From a virus (Duplodnaviria; Caudoviricetes): a stretch of DNA of 35,374 bases. The stretch lies in the IMG/VR virus record IMGVR_UViG_3300020042_013011, positions 1-35,374 of that record. One strand, given 5' to 3'. This document shows, one piece after another, positions 26,288 to 35,374 of this stretch (position 1 is its first letter; each line of letters opens with the position of its first letter). The position numbers and the translations under genes are program-made. The notes beneath the pieces are model-generated. The model ran no database searches, was not told the DNA's origin, and was given only the letters and a program-made list of their open reading frames with translations.

Positions 26288-28030
26288 ATGGCAGAAACAA
26301 TTGTATCACCTGGTGTATTAGCTATAGAAAACGATCAATCATTTGTAACTCAGCAACCTGTACAAGCAGGAGCTGCTATCATTGGCCCTGCAGTTAAAGG
26401 TAAAGTAGGTATTCCTACTATAGTAACAACATACAGTGATTATTTAAATAAATTTGGTGCTACTTTTCTTAGCGGAAGTAACACATTCACTTATTTTACC
26501 TCAATAGCAGCATATAATTACTTCAACAATGGGGGAGCGTCATTACTTGTAACTCGTGTAGTAACAGGTTCATTTACAGCCGCATCATCTTCATTTATAT
26601 CTGCTTCTGCACATGCTGCTGGTTCTCCTTACAATGCAGATGTATTTGTATTAGAGACAATCTCTAAAGGAGAAATCATGAACAGTACAGGACCAACAGG
26701 AAATGTTGGTACTTTATTAAGCGGATCAGCAGATAATTTCAGATGGCAAATCACCTCAGCTAATACAGCATCCGGTACGTTCTATTTATTAGTTCGTCAA
26801 GGTAATGATACAAATGTTTCCCCATCCATTTTAGAAACATGGGGTCCATTATCTTTAGATCCATATTCAAACGATTACATTGAAAAAGTAATTGGTAATC
26901 AAGTTGAAAATGTAGCAAGTGATAGTGGTGAATTTTATATTCAATTGTCTGGAAGTTATCCAAACAATTCATCTTATGTACGAGTTAAAACAGTAAACCA
27001 AACTACACCAAATTATTTCGATAACGTAGGTAATCCTAAAAATGAATTTACTGGTTCCATCCCATTAAATAATAGTGGTTCATTTGGTTCAGCAACAGGA
27101 AAAAATGTGATAGGGGGTAATAATAAATACTATGAACAAATTACTTCAGCAGATAACATCCAAGGATTAAATGCTAGTAACTACACACAATCAATTTCTC
27201 TATTAGCAAATAAAGATGCATTCAAATACAACGTATTAATTGCACCTGGGTTGATGTCAGATATGGGTGGTATAGCAGCAACTGCTATTACTTCAATGAA
27301 TACTGTAGCTCAAAATAGAGGAGATATGATGGTGGTATTTGATTCATCAAAATACAATTCCCAAATTACTTCAGTGTTATCAAACACAGTAGGATATGAT
27401 ACTTCATATGCTGCAACATATTGGCCTTGGGTAAAAACAATTGATCCAAGTACTGCAAACCAAGTTTGGGTACCTGCTTCAACTTTAATTCCTGGAGTAT
27501 ATGCATTTAACGATAACGTTGCTGCTCCATGGTTTGCACCTGCAGGTATAAATAGAGGTATTTTACCTACAGCTGTACAAGCAGAACGTGTATTGACACA
27601 AGGAAATAGAGATACGTTATACCAAGCAAACATTAACCCAATTGCTACTTATCCTAATGTAGGTGTAGTAGTATTTGGACAAAAAACATTACAAAAGAAA
27701 AAAAGTTCATTAGATCGTATCAACGTAAGACGTTTGTTGATCGAATTGAAATCATATATTTCTCAAGTAGCAGATACATTTGTATTTGAACAAAACGACA
27801 CTGTTACTAGAAATAATTTCTTATCGATTATTAATCCATATTTAGCTTCTGTTCAACAACAACAAGGTTTAACAGCATTTAGAGTAGTAATGGATGAAAC
27901 AAACAATCCACCATCGGTAGTAGATAATAATCAGTTAGTAGGTCAAATTTATTTACAACCAACTAGAACAGCTGAATTCATTCTATTAGACTTTAATATA
28001 TTACCTACTGGTGCAACGTTTCCTGCTTAG
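26288..28030 (+). CDS. gp18: Tail sheath protein 1 (gp18-like)
   Basis: SPGV..E.D, YAATYWPWV, PWFAPAGINRG, INPI, FGQKTL, DRINVRRL, FEQND and PTRTAEFI. Confidence 0.95.
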   Translation: MAETIVSPGVLAIENDQSFVTQQPVQAGAAIIGPAVKGKVGIPTIVTTYSDYLNKFGATFLSGSNTFTYFTSIAAYNYFNNGGASLLVTRVVTGSFTAASSSFISASAHAAGSPYNADVFVLETISKGEIMNSTGPTGNVGTLLSGSADNFRWQITSANTASGTFYLLVRQGNDTNVSPSILETWGPLSLDPYSNDYIEKVIGNQVENVASDSGEFYIQLSGSYPNNSSYVRVKTVNQTTPNYFDNVGNPKNEFTGSIPLNNSGSFGSATGKNVIGGNNKYYEQITSADNIQGLNASNYTQSISLLANKDAFKYNVLIAPGLMSDMGGIAATAITSMNTVAQNRGDMMVVFDSSKYNSQITSVLSNTVGYDTSYAATYWPWVKTIDPSTANQVWVPASTLIPGVYAFNDNVAAPWFAPAGINRGILPTAVQAERVLTQGNRDTLYQANINPIATYPNVGVVVFGQKTLQKKKSSLDRINVRRLLIELKSYISQVADTFVFEQNDTVTRNNFLSIINPYLASVQQQQGLTAFRVVMDETNNPPSVVDNNQLVGQIYLQPTRTAEFILLDFNILPTGATFPA

Positions 28031-28076
28031 TAATATATTTTAAAGAGAATATTCATATTTATAATAAAAATATAAA

Positions 28077-29795
28077 ATGGCAAATTTTACAGTATCCCCT
28101 GGGGTAGCAATTAGTGAGATAGACAACACGTACTTAACAGGACAACCTGTTCAAGCAGGTGCTGCTATTATAGGTCCAACGGTTAAAGGACCTGTTGAGG
28201 TACCAACATTAGTAACTACTTACTCTGATTTCGTAACGTTATTTGGAGATAGTTTTATTAGTGGTGGTAACGCTTATTCATACCTTACTTCAATTGCAGC
28301 TTACAATTATTTCAACTACGGTGGAACTTCATTATTAGTAGCACGTGTAGTAACAGGATCATATACACCAGCAACATCAACCTTCGTTTCAGGTAGTACA
28401 GCAGGAGCAGTTGCAAGTGGTAGTGCATTTACTTTAGAGACAATTTCTGAAGGTATTATCATGAACAGTTCAAGTTCATTAGATGCTTCTGGAGCTCTAT
28501 TACTTTCAGGATCCGCAGATAATATTAGATTTGAAATTACCAATTCAAATACTGGGTCAGGTACATTTAATGTAGTAATTAGACGTGGTAATGATATTAC
28601 AAACAATAAAGTTGTTTTAGAAGCATTTAACAACGTTAACTTAGATCCAAACTCAAATAGATATATTGCCGCTGTAATTGGTGATCAAACATTAAATTAC
28701 AATTCATCCACAGTACAGATGGAATTGTCTGGAAGTTATCCAAATATGTCAAGATATGTACGTGTTAAAGCTGTCAATAATAATACCCCAAATTATTTTG
28801 ATGCTAATGGAAACCCAGTAAGCGCATATACAGCATTTATTCCCATTAATGGAAGTGGATCATTTACAGGCGCTACAGGAAACATTTCAGGATCTACAGG
28901 AGCTACAATGTATGATAATATTGGTGCTACTACGCAAGGTTTAGTAGGTGGTAATTACGATAGTATGATTGCATTGCTTTCTAATGCAGAAGCATATCAA
29001 TTCAATGTATTGTTTGCTCCTGGATTAACAAATGACACTCATACAACACAAATCACAAATATTATCACAAACACTCAACAACGTGGAGATAATTTGTTTG
29101 TAGCAGATTTAACATTATATAGCGGAACAGTTGCTAGTGCAGTAACTCAAGCACAAACAAGAGATACTTCATATGCTGCAACATATTGGCCTTGGGTTCG
29201 CATTATAGATCCAGCAACAGGAAAACAAGTATATGTACCAGCTTCTACCGTAATCCCAGGTGTATATGCTTTCAACGATAAAGTAGCGGCTCCATGGTTT
29301 GCACCTGCAGGTATCAATAGAGGTGGATTATCTACAGTATTACAAGCTCAATTGAAATTAACTCAAGGAAACAAAGATACATTATATTCAAGTAATATTA
29401 ACCCAATTGCTACATTACCTAAACAAGGTGTTGTAGTATACGGACAAAAAACATTACAAAAAGCTCAATCTGCTTTAGATCGTGTAAATGTACGTCGTTT
29501 GATGATTGAATTAAAATCATATATCCGCCAAATTGCAGATACAGTAGTATTTGAACAAAACACTATTGCAACAAGAAATTCATTTGTAGCACGTGTTACT
29601 CCATTCTTAGAAGGAATCCAACAAAAACAAGGATTATACGCTTATAAAGTAGTAATGGATGCAACAAATAATGGACCAGCAGTAATTGATCAAAATCAAT
29701 TAGTAGGACAAATTTATATCCAACCAACGCGCACAGCTGAATTTATATCTTTAGATTTTATCTTAACTCCAACAGGAACTGAATTCCCAGGGTAA
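28077..29795 (+). CDS. gp18: Tail sheath protein 2 (gp18-like paralogue)
   Basis: Same full set of sheath motifs; full-length tandem paralogue. Confidence 0.95.
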   Translation: MANFTVSPGVAISEIDNTYLTGQPVQAGAAIIGPTVKGPVEVPTLVTTYSDFVTLFGDSFISGGNAYSYLTSIAAYNYFNYGGTSLLVARVVTGSYTPATSTFVSGSTAGAVASGSAFTLETISEGIIMNSSSSLDASGALLLSGSADNIRFEITNSNTGSGTFNVVIRRGNDITNNKVVLEAFNNVNLDPNSNRYIAAVIGDQTLNYNSSTVQMELSGSYPNMSRYVRVKAVNNNTPNYFDANGNPVSAYTAFIPINGSGSFTGATGNISGSTGATMYDNIGATTQGLVGGNYDSMIALLSNAEAYQFNVLFAPGLTNDTHTTQITNIITNTQQRGDNLFVADLTLYSGTVASAVTQAQTRDTSYAATYWPWVRIIDPATGKQVYVPASTVIPGVYAFNDKVAAPWFAPAGINRGGLSTVLQAQLKLTQGNKDTLYSSNINPIATLPKQGVVVYGQKTLQKAQSALDRVNVRRLMIELKSYIRQIADTVVFEQNTIATRNSFVARVTPFLEGIQQKQGLYAYKVVMDATNNGPAVIDQNQLVGQIYIQPTRTAEFISLDFILTPTGTEFPG

Positions 29796-29845
29796 AAAGG
29801 CAGATAGTTAAATATTTATAATAAAAGAAACTAAAATAACAAAAA

Positions 29846-30334
29846 ATGGCAATTTTAAATCCAAACGAAATATTTTTTACCGCGTTTGAACCTAAACAAA
29901 CAAACCGTTTTATCCTTTATATGGATGGAGTTCCATCATATTTGATAAAAGGAGTTGGAGCAGTTCAATTAACTCAAAACGTAGTTCCTCTTAACCACAT
30001 TAACGTTCAACGTTATGTAAAAGGAAAAACTACTTGGGGAACTATTCAATTTACAATGTATGAGTCAATCACTCCATCAGGTGCACAAGCAGTAATGGAA
30101 TGGGTACGTTTAGGACACGAATCAGTAACAGGTAGAGATGGATATTCAGATTTTTATAAAAAAGATTTGACATTCAACGTAATTGGACCTGTAGGTGATA
30201 TAGTTTCAGAATGGATTATCAAAGGATCTGTAATTACAGATGTTAACTTTGGAGAATATAACTGGGACAGCGATGGTGAAGCAGTAAATATCCAAGTAAC
30301 AGTTCAACCAGATTACTGTATCTTGAACTACTAA
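29846..30334 (+). CDS. gp19: Tail tube protein (gp19-like)
   Basis: 162 aa directly after the sheaths; EPKQTNRF, KGKTTW, YKKDLT and EWIIKG. Confidence 0.85.
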   Translation: MAILNPNEIFFTAFEPKQTNRFILYMDGVPSYLIKGVGAVQLTQNVVPLNHINVQRYVKGKTTWGTIQFTMYESITPSGAQAVMEWVRLGHESVTGRDGYSDFYKKDLTFNVIGPVGDIVSEWIIKGSVITDVNFGEYNWDSDGEAVNIQVTVQPDYCILNY

Positions 30335-30360
30335 GATAAATTAAACAACAAATACATAAG

Positions 30361-30385
30361 AGCTCCAAAGAAATTTGGAGCTTTT
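30361..30385 (+). terminator. Rho-independent terminator after the tail tube gene
   Basis: AGCTCCAAA-GAAA-TTTGGAGCT hairpin plus T tract. Confidence 0.85.
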
Positions 30386-30409
30386 ACTTTCTTTCAATAT
30401 ATTGGATTT

Positions 30410-32611
30410 ATGAAAAATCTATTAATATTCCTTTTATTGACTTTTGTAGGATATGGTCAATATTGTCCTGCTTTAGGACCCGATCAACTATTACCTTGTG
30501 GTGTAGGATCAACTACTTTAACCGCAAATTTAAGCCAATGTGGGACGGGCAATAACCCCAATCAAACCATAAATTACACCGTTGCTTCCATACCATATGT
30601 AGCCCAAACCAATACAGGAACATCTATTTTTATGACGGATGACTCTCAACAAGGACCATTTGCTATTGGATTTAATTTTTGTTTCTATGGACAAACATAT
30701 TCTCAATTCTATATTGGTTCAAATGGATGGATTTCATTTTCCGGAGGACAACCCACAACATTTACCTCTACCCCATTACCAACAGCAGGTGTATTAACAC
30801 CCAAAAATTGTATTATGGGACCTTGGCAGGATTGGCATCCTGGAATTGGAGGACAAATCAAATATCAAACAGTAGGTGTAGCCCCATGTAGAAAACTAAT
30901 TGTAAGTTGGATAAACATGCCTATGTTTAGTTGCACTACAAATCAAGGCACATTCCATATTGTAATTGAAGAATCCACCAACTATATCAGCAATTATATT
31001 CAGTCAAAACCTGCTTGTTTGCAATGGCAAGGTGGAACAGCTACTGAAGGAATACATAATGCAGCAGGAACTGTCGCAGTAACTGTACCTGGTAGAAATT
31101 CCACAGCTTGGACAGCTACTAACGATGCTTGGAGATGGACCCCAAGTGGACCTGTAGTCACTCCAACTTTAACCTGGTATCAAGTAGGAAATCCTGTAGC
31201 TATTGGAACAGGACCCACACTTACTGTTACCCCAACAGGACCAACACTATATACTTGCCATTTAGAATATCCAACATGTAATGCAGGATGGTCTTCATGT
31301 AATGCCGGAACAAGTTTAGGACCTGATACAGTACTAGTAGCACCTGGTCCTCCAAATTTACCTCCACCTACTATAATTCCATTTAATCCCAATTGTATTG
31401 GAAGTTGTGATGGGGCTATTAGTGTAATTTCAAGTGGTGGAACAGGCGTTCAAACGATTTCGTGGAATGGTCCTCAAACAGGATTTACCCCAATTAATTT
31501 ATGTGCTGGTGCATATAGTTTTACAATTGTTGATGCTGCTGGTTGTACGGTTTCGGGAACTGCTACGCTAACAAACCCTGCTCCTATTGTAGTAGGCCCT
31601 ATAATAGCGTCGGATACAGTGTGTTTTAACACAACCAATGAAGTGTATGATGTGCCCGATTTGGGAGCAGGATTCACATATACATGGAGCAGTATCGGTA
31701 ATATTGTTTCGGGTCAAGGCACAACTTCTATAACAGTAGATTATACCTCTATACCAGCAGGATTTATCCCTGGAGTAGTAAATGTTACAGCTTATAGCCC
31801 AAATGGATGTACAAGTATTCCTGCTTCATTCGATGTTACTGTATTTAATATCTTACCTGTAATTGATCCTGCAGGTCCGTTTTGTTCAAATGATGAATTT
31901 TCAACATTGAATGCTACTCCAATTGGAGGTGTATTTAGTGGAACAGGAATGATGGGTAATGATTTTTATCCTGCATTTGCTGATACACTAGATAATTTTA
32001 TAACTTATACCTATTTACAAAGTGGATGTTCATTCGATACTACAATTACTATTACTGTTTACGAACAGCCAACTATTACCCCAATTACACCGTATAATGA
32101 ATTCTTTGAACTATGTGATGGTGATTCTATACCAAGCATATATTCGGTAGTTGCTTCTTTACCCGGTTATAATGAATGGACTATATTAAATAATACCGTC
32201 CAAACAGAAACACTAAACATCGCTTGGAATGCGCCCGGAATGTTTGATATTTTGGCAGTACATTATTCAAATGGATGTGCTTCTCCTCCACAATTCAATC
32301 TAGTTACTATAGTACAATGTCCTGAACTGTTATTTTATATTCCAAATTCATTCACTCCTGATGGAGATGAAAATAATAACACTTTTAAATGGACGTTTAC
32401 AAGTGGGTTTGATCCATTTGATTTCCATGTAGAAATCTACAATAGATGGGGAGAAATAATATATGAAAGTTATGACCACACCGATTATTGGGATGGAACA
32501 TACTCTAACTTCCCAGTAACTCCAGGATTATACAACTATCAAATTCATTTTGGTAGTAAAAAAGATGATGGTGCATATGAATTTGCAGGAAGTGTTAATC
32601 TTATTAGATAG
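30410..32611 (+). CDS. Secreted adhesin-like protein with signal peptide, SprB-like repeat and T9SS type B (gliding motility-associated) C-terminal domain
   Basis: MKNLLIFLLLTFVGYGQ signal peptide; C..SCDGAI....GG...SW...NLCAGAYSFTIVDAAGC repeat; YIPNSFTPDGDENN..F, IYNRWGE, WDGT, PGLYNY and GSVNLIR C-terminus. Confidence 0.88.
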   Translation: MKNLLIFLLLTFVGYGQYCPALGPDQLLPCGVGSTTLTANLSQCGTGNNPNQTINYTVASIPYVAQTNTGTSIFMTDDSQQGPFAIGFNFCFYGQTYSQFYIGSNGWISFSGGQPTTFTSTPLPTAGVLTPKNCIMGPWQDWHPGIGGQIKYQTVGVAPCRKLIVSWINMPMFSCTTNQGTFHIVIEESTNYISNYIQSKPACLQWQGGTATEGIHNAAGTVAVTVPGRNSTAWTATNDAWRWTPSGPVVTPTLTWYQVGNPVAIGTGPTLTVTPTGPTLYTCHLEYPTCNAGWSSCNAGTSLGPDTVLVAPGPPNLPPPTIIPFNPNCIGSCDGAISVISSGGTGVQTISWNGPQTGFTPINLCAGAYSFTIVDAAGCTVSGTATLTNPAPIVVGPIIASDTVCFNTTNEVYDVPDLGAGFTYTWSSIGNIVSGQGTTSITVDYTSIPAGFIPGVVNVTAYSPNGCTSIPASFDVTVFNILPVIDPAGPFCSNDEFSTLNATPIGGVFSGTGMMGNDFYPAFADTLDNFITYTYLQSGCSFDTTITITVYEQPTITPITPYNEFFELCDGDSIPSIYSVVASLPGYNEWTILNNTVQTETLNIAWNAPGMFDILAVHYSNGCASPPQFNLVTIVQCPELLFYIPNSFTPDGDENNNTFKWTFTSGFDPFDFHVEIYNRWGEIIYESYDHTDYWDGTYSNFPVTPGLYNYQIHFGSKKDDGAYEFAGSVNLIR

Positions 32612-32629
32612 TACAATATTTATAATAGT

Positions 32630-33001
32630 ATGAAATTAGAAAGTCTACGTACGTTAGTAAAAGAAGAATTAAGCAGAAAGCTTAATGAAGAATACCAAGA
32701 CAAATTTAAAATGATTGGTATGATCATCACTAACATTAAAAAACGACCACAAAAAGAAATATTTTCAGATATTCGTTCACTCCCAGGTATTACAATTGCA
32801 TCTGCAAAAGAACCTATGGAATATAGTGAACAAAATACTGAGAAATTTCAAACTATAGTAACCATTAAAGTTGATGGTCATCCTTGGATTGTAAAAGGTG
32901 GATTTGACAGATCAAAAATGGAAGAAATACGCAAAGAAATATTGAAGGTAGAAGGAGTATTGTCATTTAATGTAAATCCTGATAATATTACTACTCTTTA
33001 A
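32630..33001 (+). CDS. Hypothetical protein, possibly head-packaged
   Basis: 123 aa; late motif upstream; N-terminal LVKEE...LNEE pattern like the head-module proteins. Confidence 0.65.
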   Translation: MKLESLRTLVKEELSRKLNEEYQDKFKMIGMIITNIKKRPQKEIFSDIRSLPGITIASAKEPMEYSEQNTEKFQTIVTIKVDGHPWIVKGGFDRSKMEEIRKEILKVEGVLSFNVNPDNITTL

Positions 33002-33042
33002 TATATGTATATAAGACAAATAAGTTATAATAAATAAAAATT

Positions 33043-33777
33043 ATGGAAGAATCAAAGTTTAAAATGCCAACGGAGACCGTTGAATTACCATCTAAAGGTT
33101 TACTTTACCCCGAAGACTCTGAATTAGCAAAAGGTGTAGTTGAAATTAAATATATGACCGCTAAGGAAGAAGATATCCTAACTAACCAATCATATATTAG
33201 AAACGGTACAGTTTTAGATAAACTATTAAAATCTGTAATAGTATCCAAAATCAATTACGATGATTTATTAATTGGAGACAAAAATGCAATTATGATTGCA
33301 GCCCGTATTTTAGGATATGGTGCAGATTACTCATTCGAATATAACGGTGAATCTCAAACAGTGGATTTATCTTTAATTGAAAATAAACCACTTAAAGAAG
33401 AATTATTTACCAATAATGTAAATGAATTTTCCTTTACTCTTCCTAGATCAAAAAATACTATTACATTTAAACTTTTAACCCACAAAGACGAACAAGATAT
33501 TAATCGTGAGTTAGAAGGTTTAAAGAAAATAAATAAAGATGCTTCACCCGAACTTTCAACTCGATTGAAATTTATGATCACATCAGTAGAAGGAATGAGG
33601 GATAAAAAAGATGTCCGAGAATTTGTCGACACGGCATTGCTCGCCCAAGATTCAAGAGCATTAAGAGAATATATTCGCGAGATTCAACCAGATGTTGATC
33701 TAACTTTTTTTCCCGACGAGAGCAGCAGTCGAATCAGTATCCCAATTGGGGTTAACTTTTTTTGGCCTGACCTATGA
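33043..33777 (+). CDS. Baseplate hub/tail assembly chaperone, T4 gp26-like
   Basis: VELPSKG, YMTAKEEDIL, LLIGDKNAIMIAARILGYG and a C-terminal FFWP; upstream of the tape measure gene. Confidence 0.75.
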   Translation: MEESKFKMPTETVELPSKGLLYPEDSELAKGVVEIKYMTAKEEDILTNQSYIRNGTVLDKLLKSVIVSKINYDDLLIGDKNAIMIAARILGYGADYSFEYNGESQTVDLSLIENKPLKEELFTNNVNEFSFTLPRSKNTITFKLLTHKDEQDINRELEGLKKINKDASPELSTRLKFMITSVEGMRDKKDVREFVDTALLAQDSRALREYIREIQPDVDLTFFPDESSSRISIPIGVNFFWPDL

Positions 33778-34057
33778 TTTAGCACCCCAAACTAGGGCAG
33801 CTATATTTACACAAATCCACGAAATAGTATTTCACGGTAAAGGAGGATATGATTGGCATACTGTTTACAATATGCCAATTTGGCTTCGTAAATTTACTTT
33901 CAAACGCCTTCAAAGTTTCTATTCTGAAGAAAAAGAAGCTCATGAAAATAAAGGCAAATCTGGATCCCAAACAGTAATTAATGCTGACGGTACTATTAAA
34001 GCACCTGATTTATTAAGAAATTCCCAGCCCTCCAAAAAACCCGTTAAATATGGGTAA
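33758..34057 (+). CDS. Tail assembly chaperone extension, probably translated by frameshift from the preceding gene
   Basis: Overlapping +1 frame (FFGLTYDLAPQTRAAIFTQIHEIVFHGKGGYDWHTVYNMPIWLR...) with no ATG until ~33872; T7 run at 33757-33763. Confidence 0.6.
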   Translation, partial: FFGLTYDLAPQTRAAIFTQIHEIVFHGKGGYDWHTVYNMPIWLRKFTFKRLQSFYSEEKEAHENKGKSGSQTVINADGTIKAPDLLRNSQPSKKPVKYG

Positions 34058-34095
34058 AAATATTAATCTTTAATATTTATAATAAAATACTTTAG

Positions 34096-35374
34096 ATGGC
34101 TAAAACTAATCCACAACAGATGGCGGATGAAAACAAGTCCTTAAAAGAGCAAATTGAACTTTTAAAGGCTCGTAATAAATTGCAAGAGGAATCATTTGAT
34201 ATATCCTCCTCTGCTGTTGACTCTTTAAAAGAAGTTTTAGGGATACAAGCTAGATCATCTACTTTTGAAAAAGCCACATTGAATGTTAATAAAGAAATTA
34301 ACAAATCAATAATGGATCAAAAGACTGGATTAAGTAATATCAACACTATCCAGAGACAAATCCAAAAGAATGGAGATTTACTTAATAAAAGTAGATTAAT
34401 TGAACAAGGTTTATTATCTTCTATAGGTAATAAATTATCTGATAATGCTACAAAGGTTACGAAGCGAATTGAAAAACAAGCAGAACAAAATAAGCAATTA
34501 AACGAATATAATAAAAGAATTGAAGAAGGTGTTTCTATTGACATGGCTTCTTATAATTTGTTAAAACAAAAAATAGCTCTTAGTGAAGAAACACTTTCAC
34601 AAGAATTTGGTAAATTATCTTCTTTAGAACAACAATTCATTGTTACCCAACAGAATACTAAAGAATTAGAAAAACAACAAGAAGTAAGAAAATCTGAAGA
34701 ATCCCTTCAGAAAAATATCGAGTCTAGACTAGGATTAGCCGGAAAACTTGCTAAAACCTTTGGAGCCATCCCAGGCATAGGACAATCTGCTGCTGAAGCT
34801 ATGGCTGAAGTTACAGAAGAAATCCAAAAACAAGTTGAAGCTACTGGTAAACTTCCAGGACGATGGAAAACCTTTAGTATGATTGTGGATAAAACTTTAA
34901 CCAGTATAGGAAAAAGTTTAGCAGACCCCGCAGTTGTAATAACTGGTCTTGTTTCTATACTTAAAGAATTAGATGATTCCGGAGAAAAATTTGCACGTTC
35001 GATGAACATGTCATATGAAAAATCCATTGAATTTAGAAACAATATGTCCGCAGTTTCAGGAGTTACTAAAGGACAACTATTAGAATCTATATCTGCTGTT
35101 GGAGAACAATTAGGATCTAATGCTGCTATTACCGCAAAGGATGCAGAAACATTTACTAAACTAAGAGAACTTGCTGGTTTAACTAATGAAGAATTGATGG
35201 GAATGCAATCAATTTCATTAGCTAATGGTAAAAGTTTAGAAAATAACACAAATCAATTTTTAGCACAAGCAAAAGCTACTGCAGCTACTAATGGAGTTGT
35301 GTTAAACGAAAAAAAATTATTAGCAGATGTAGGAAAAATATCTGCAGCTACAACATTATCATTAGGTAAAAATC
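34096..35374 (+). CDS. Tape measure protein (5' partial, runs off the window)
   Basis: Open frame from ATG 34096 (MAKTNPQQMADENKSLKEQIELL...) to the window end; helical, A/L/E/K-rich; follows tube and chaperone genes; late motif at 34073. Confidence 0.8.
   Translation, partial: MAKTNPQQMADENKSLKEQIELLKARNKLQEESFDISSSAVDSLKEVLGIQARSSTFEKATLNVNKEINKSIMDQKTGLSNINTIQRQIQKNGDLLNKSRLIEQGLLSSIGNKLSDNATKVTKRIEKQAEQNKQLNEYNKRIEEGVSIDMASYNLLKQKIALSEETLSQEFGKLSSLEQQFIVTQQNTKELEKQQEVRKSEESLQKNIESRLGLAGKLAKTFGAIPGIGQSAAEAMAEVTEEIQKQVEATGKLPGRWKTFSMIVDKTLTSIGKSLADPAVVITGLVSILKELDDSGEKFARSMNMSYEKSIEFRNNMSAVSGVTKGQLLESISAVGEQLGSNAAITAKDAETFTKLRELAGLTNEELMGMQSISLANGKSLENNTNQFLAQAKATAATNGVVLNEKKLLADVGKISAATTLSLGKN

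Noticed and set aside
26288-33777. Bacterial contractile injection system (eCIS or T6SS), suggested by duplicated sheaths
   Set aside because: Linked capsid, scaffold, protease and neck genes show this is a complete phage virion module
272-35249. Numerous minus-strand and nested ORFs in the ORF track (e.g. 1660..2043, 3392..3685, 13301..13684, 34707..35249)
   Set aside because: They are antisense or out-of-frame shadows of well-supported + strand genes, with low-complexity translations and no recognisable motifs
1-35374. Stop-codon reassignment as seen in some large phages
   Set aside because: Conserved genes are full length in the standard code, and TAG and TGA serve as real stops (7005, 28030, 30334, 32611, 23463)

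Overview
A 35 kb, AT-rich segment of a large T4-like (myovirus) phage genome, with all credible genes on the + strand. The host is probably a Bacteroidota bacterium, given a T9SS-sorted protein, Shine-Dalgarno-less A-rich leaders and TTG-N20-TAnnTT promoter-like sites. Gene order: putative internal head proteins, prohead protease (gp21-like), acidic scaffold, major capsid protein (gp23-like), PhoH, neck/tail-terminator genes, then about 15 kb of Ser/Thr-rich fibre, YadA-like and LamG genes, two tandem tail sheaths, tail tube, a T9SS-sorted adhesin-like gene, a gp26-like hub/chaperone with a probable frameshift extension, and the start of the tape measure gene. The most striking element lies inside the fibre cluster: a cassette of sulfotransferase, APS kinase, HIGH-type nucleotidyltransferase, DUF2061-like membrane protein and GT9-like glycosyltransferase. 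It suggests a phage-encoded PAPS-dependent glycosylation/sulfation system, possibly acting on the virion fibres. Other notable items are a candidate three-way-junction leader RNA, a recurring ATATTTAT(A) late-promoter motif and an uncalled small basic ORF. All family assignments come from motif recognition by eye, not from database searches.
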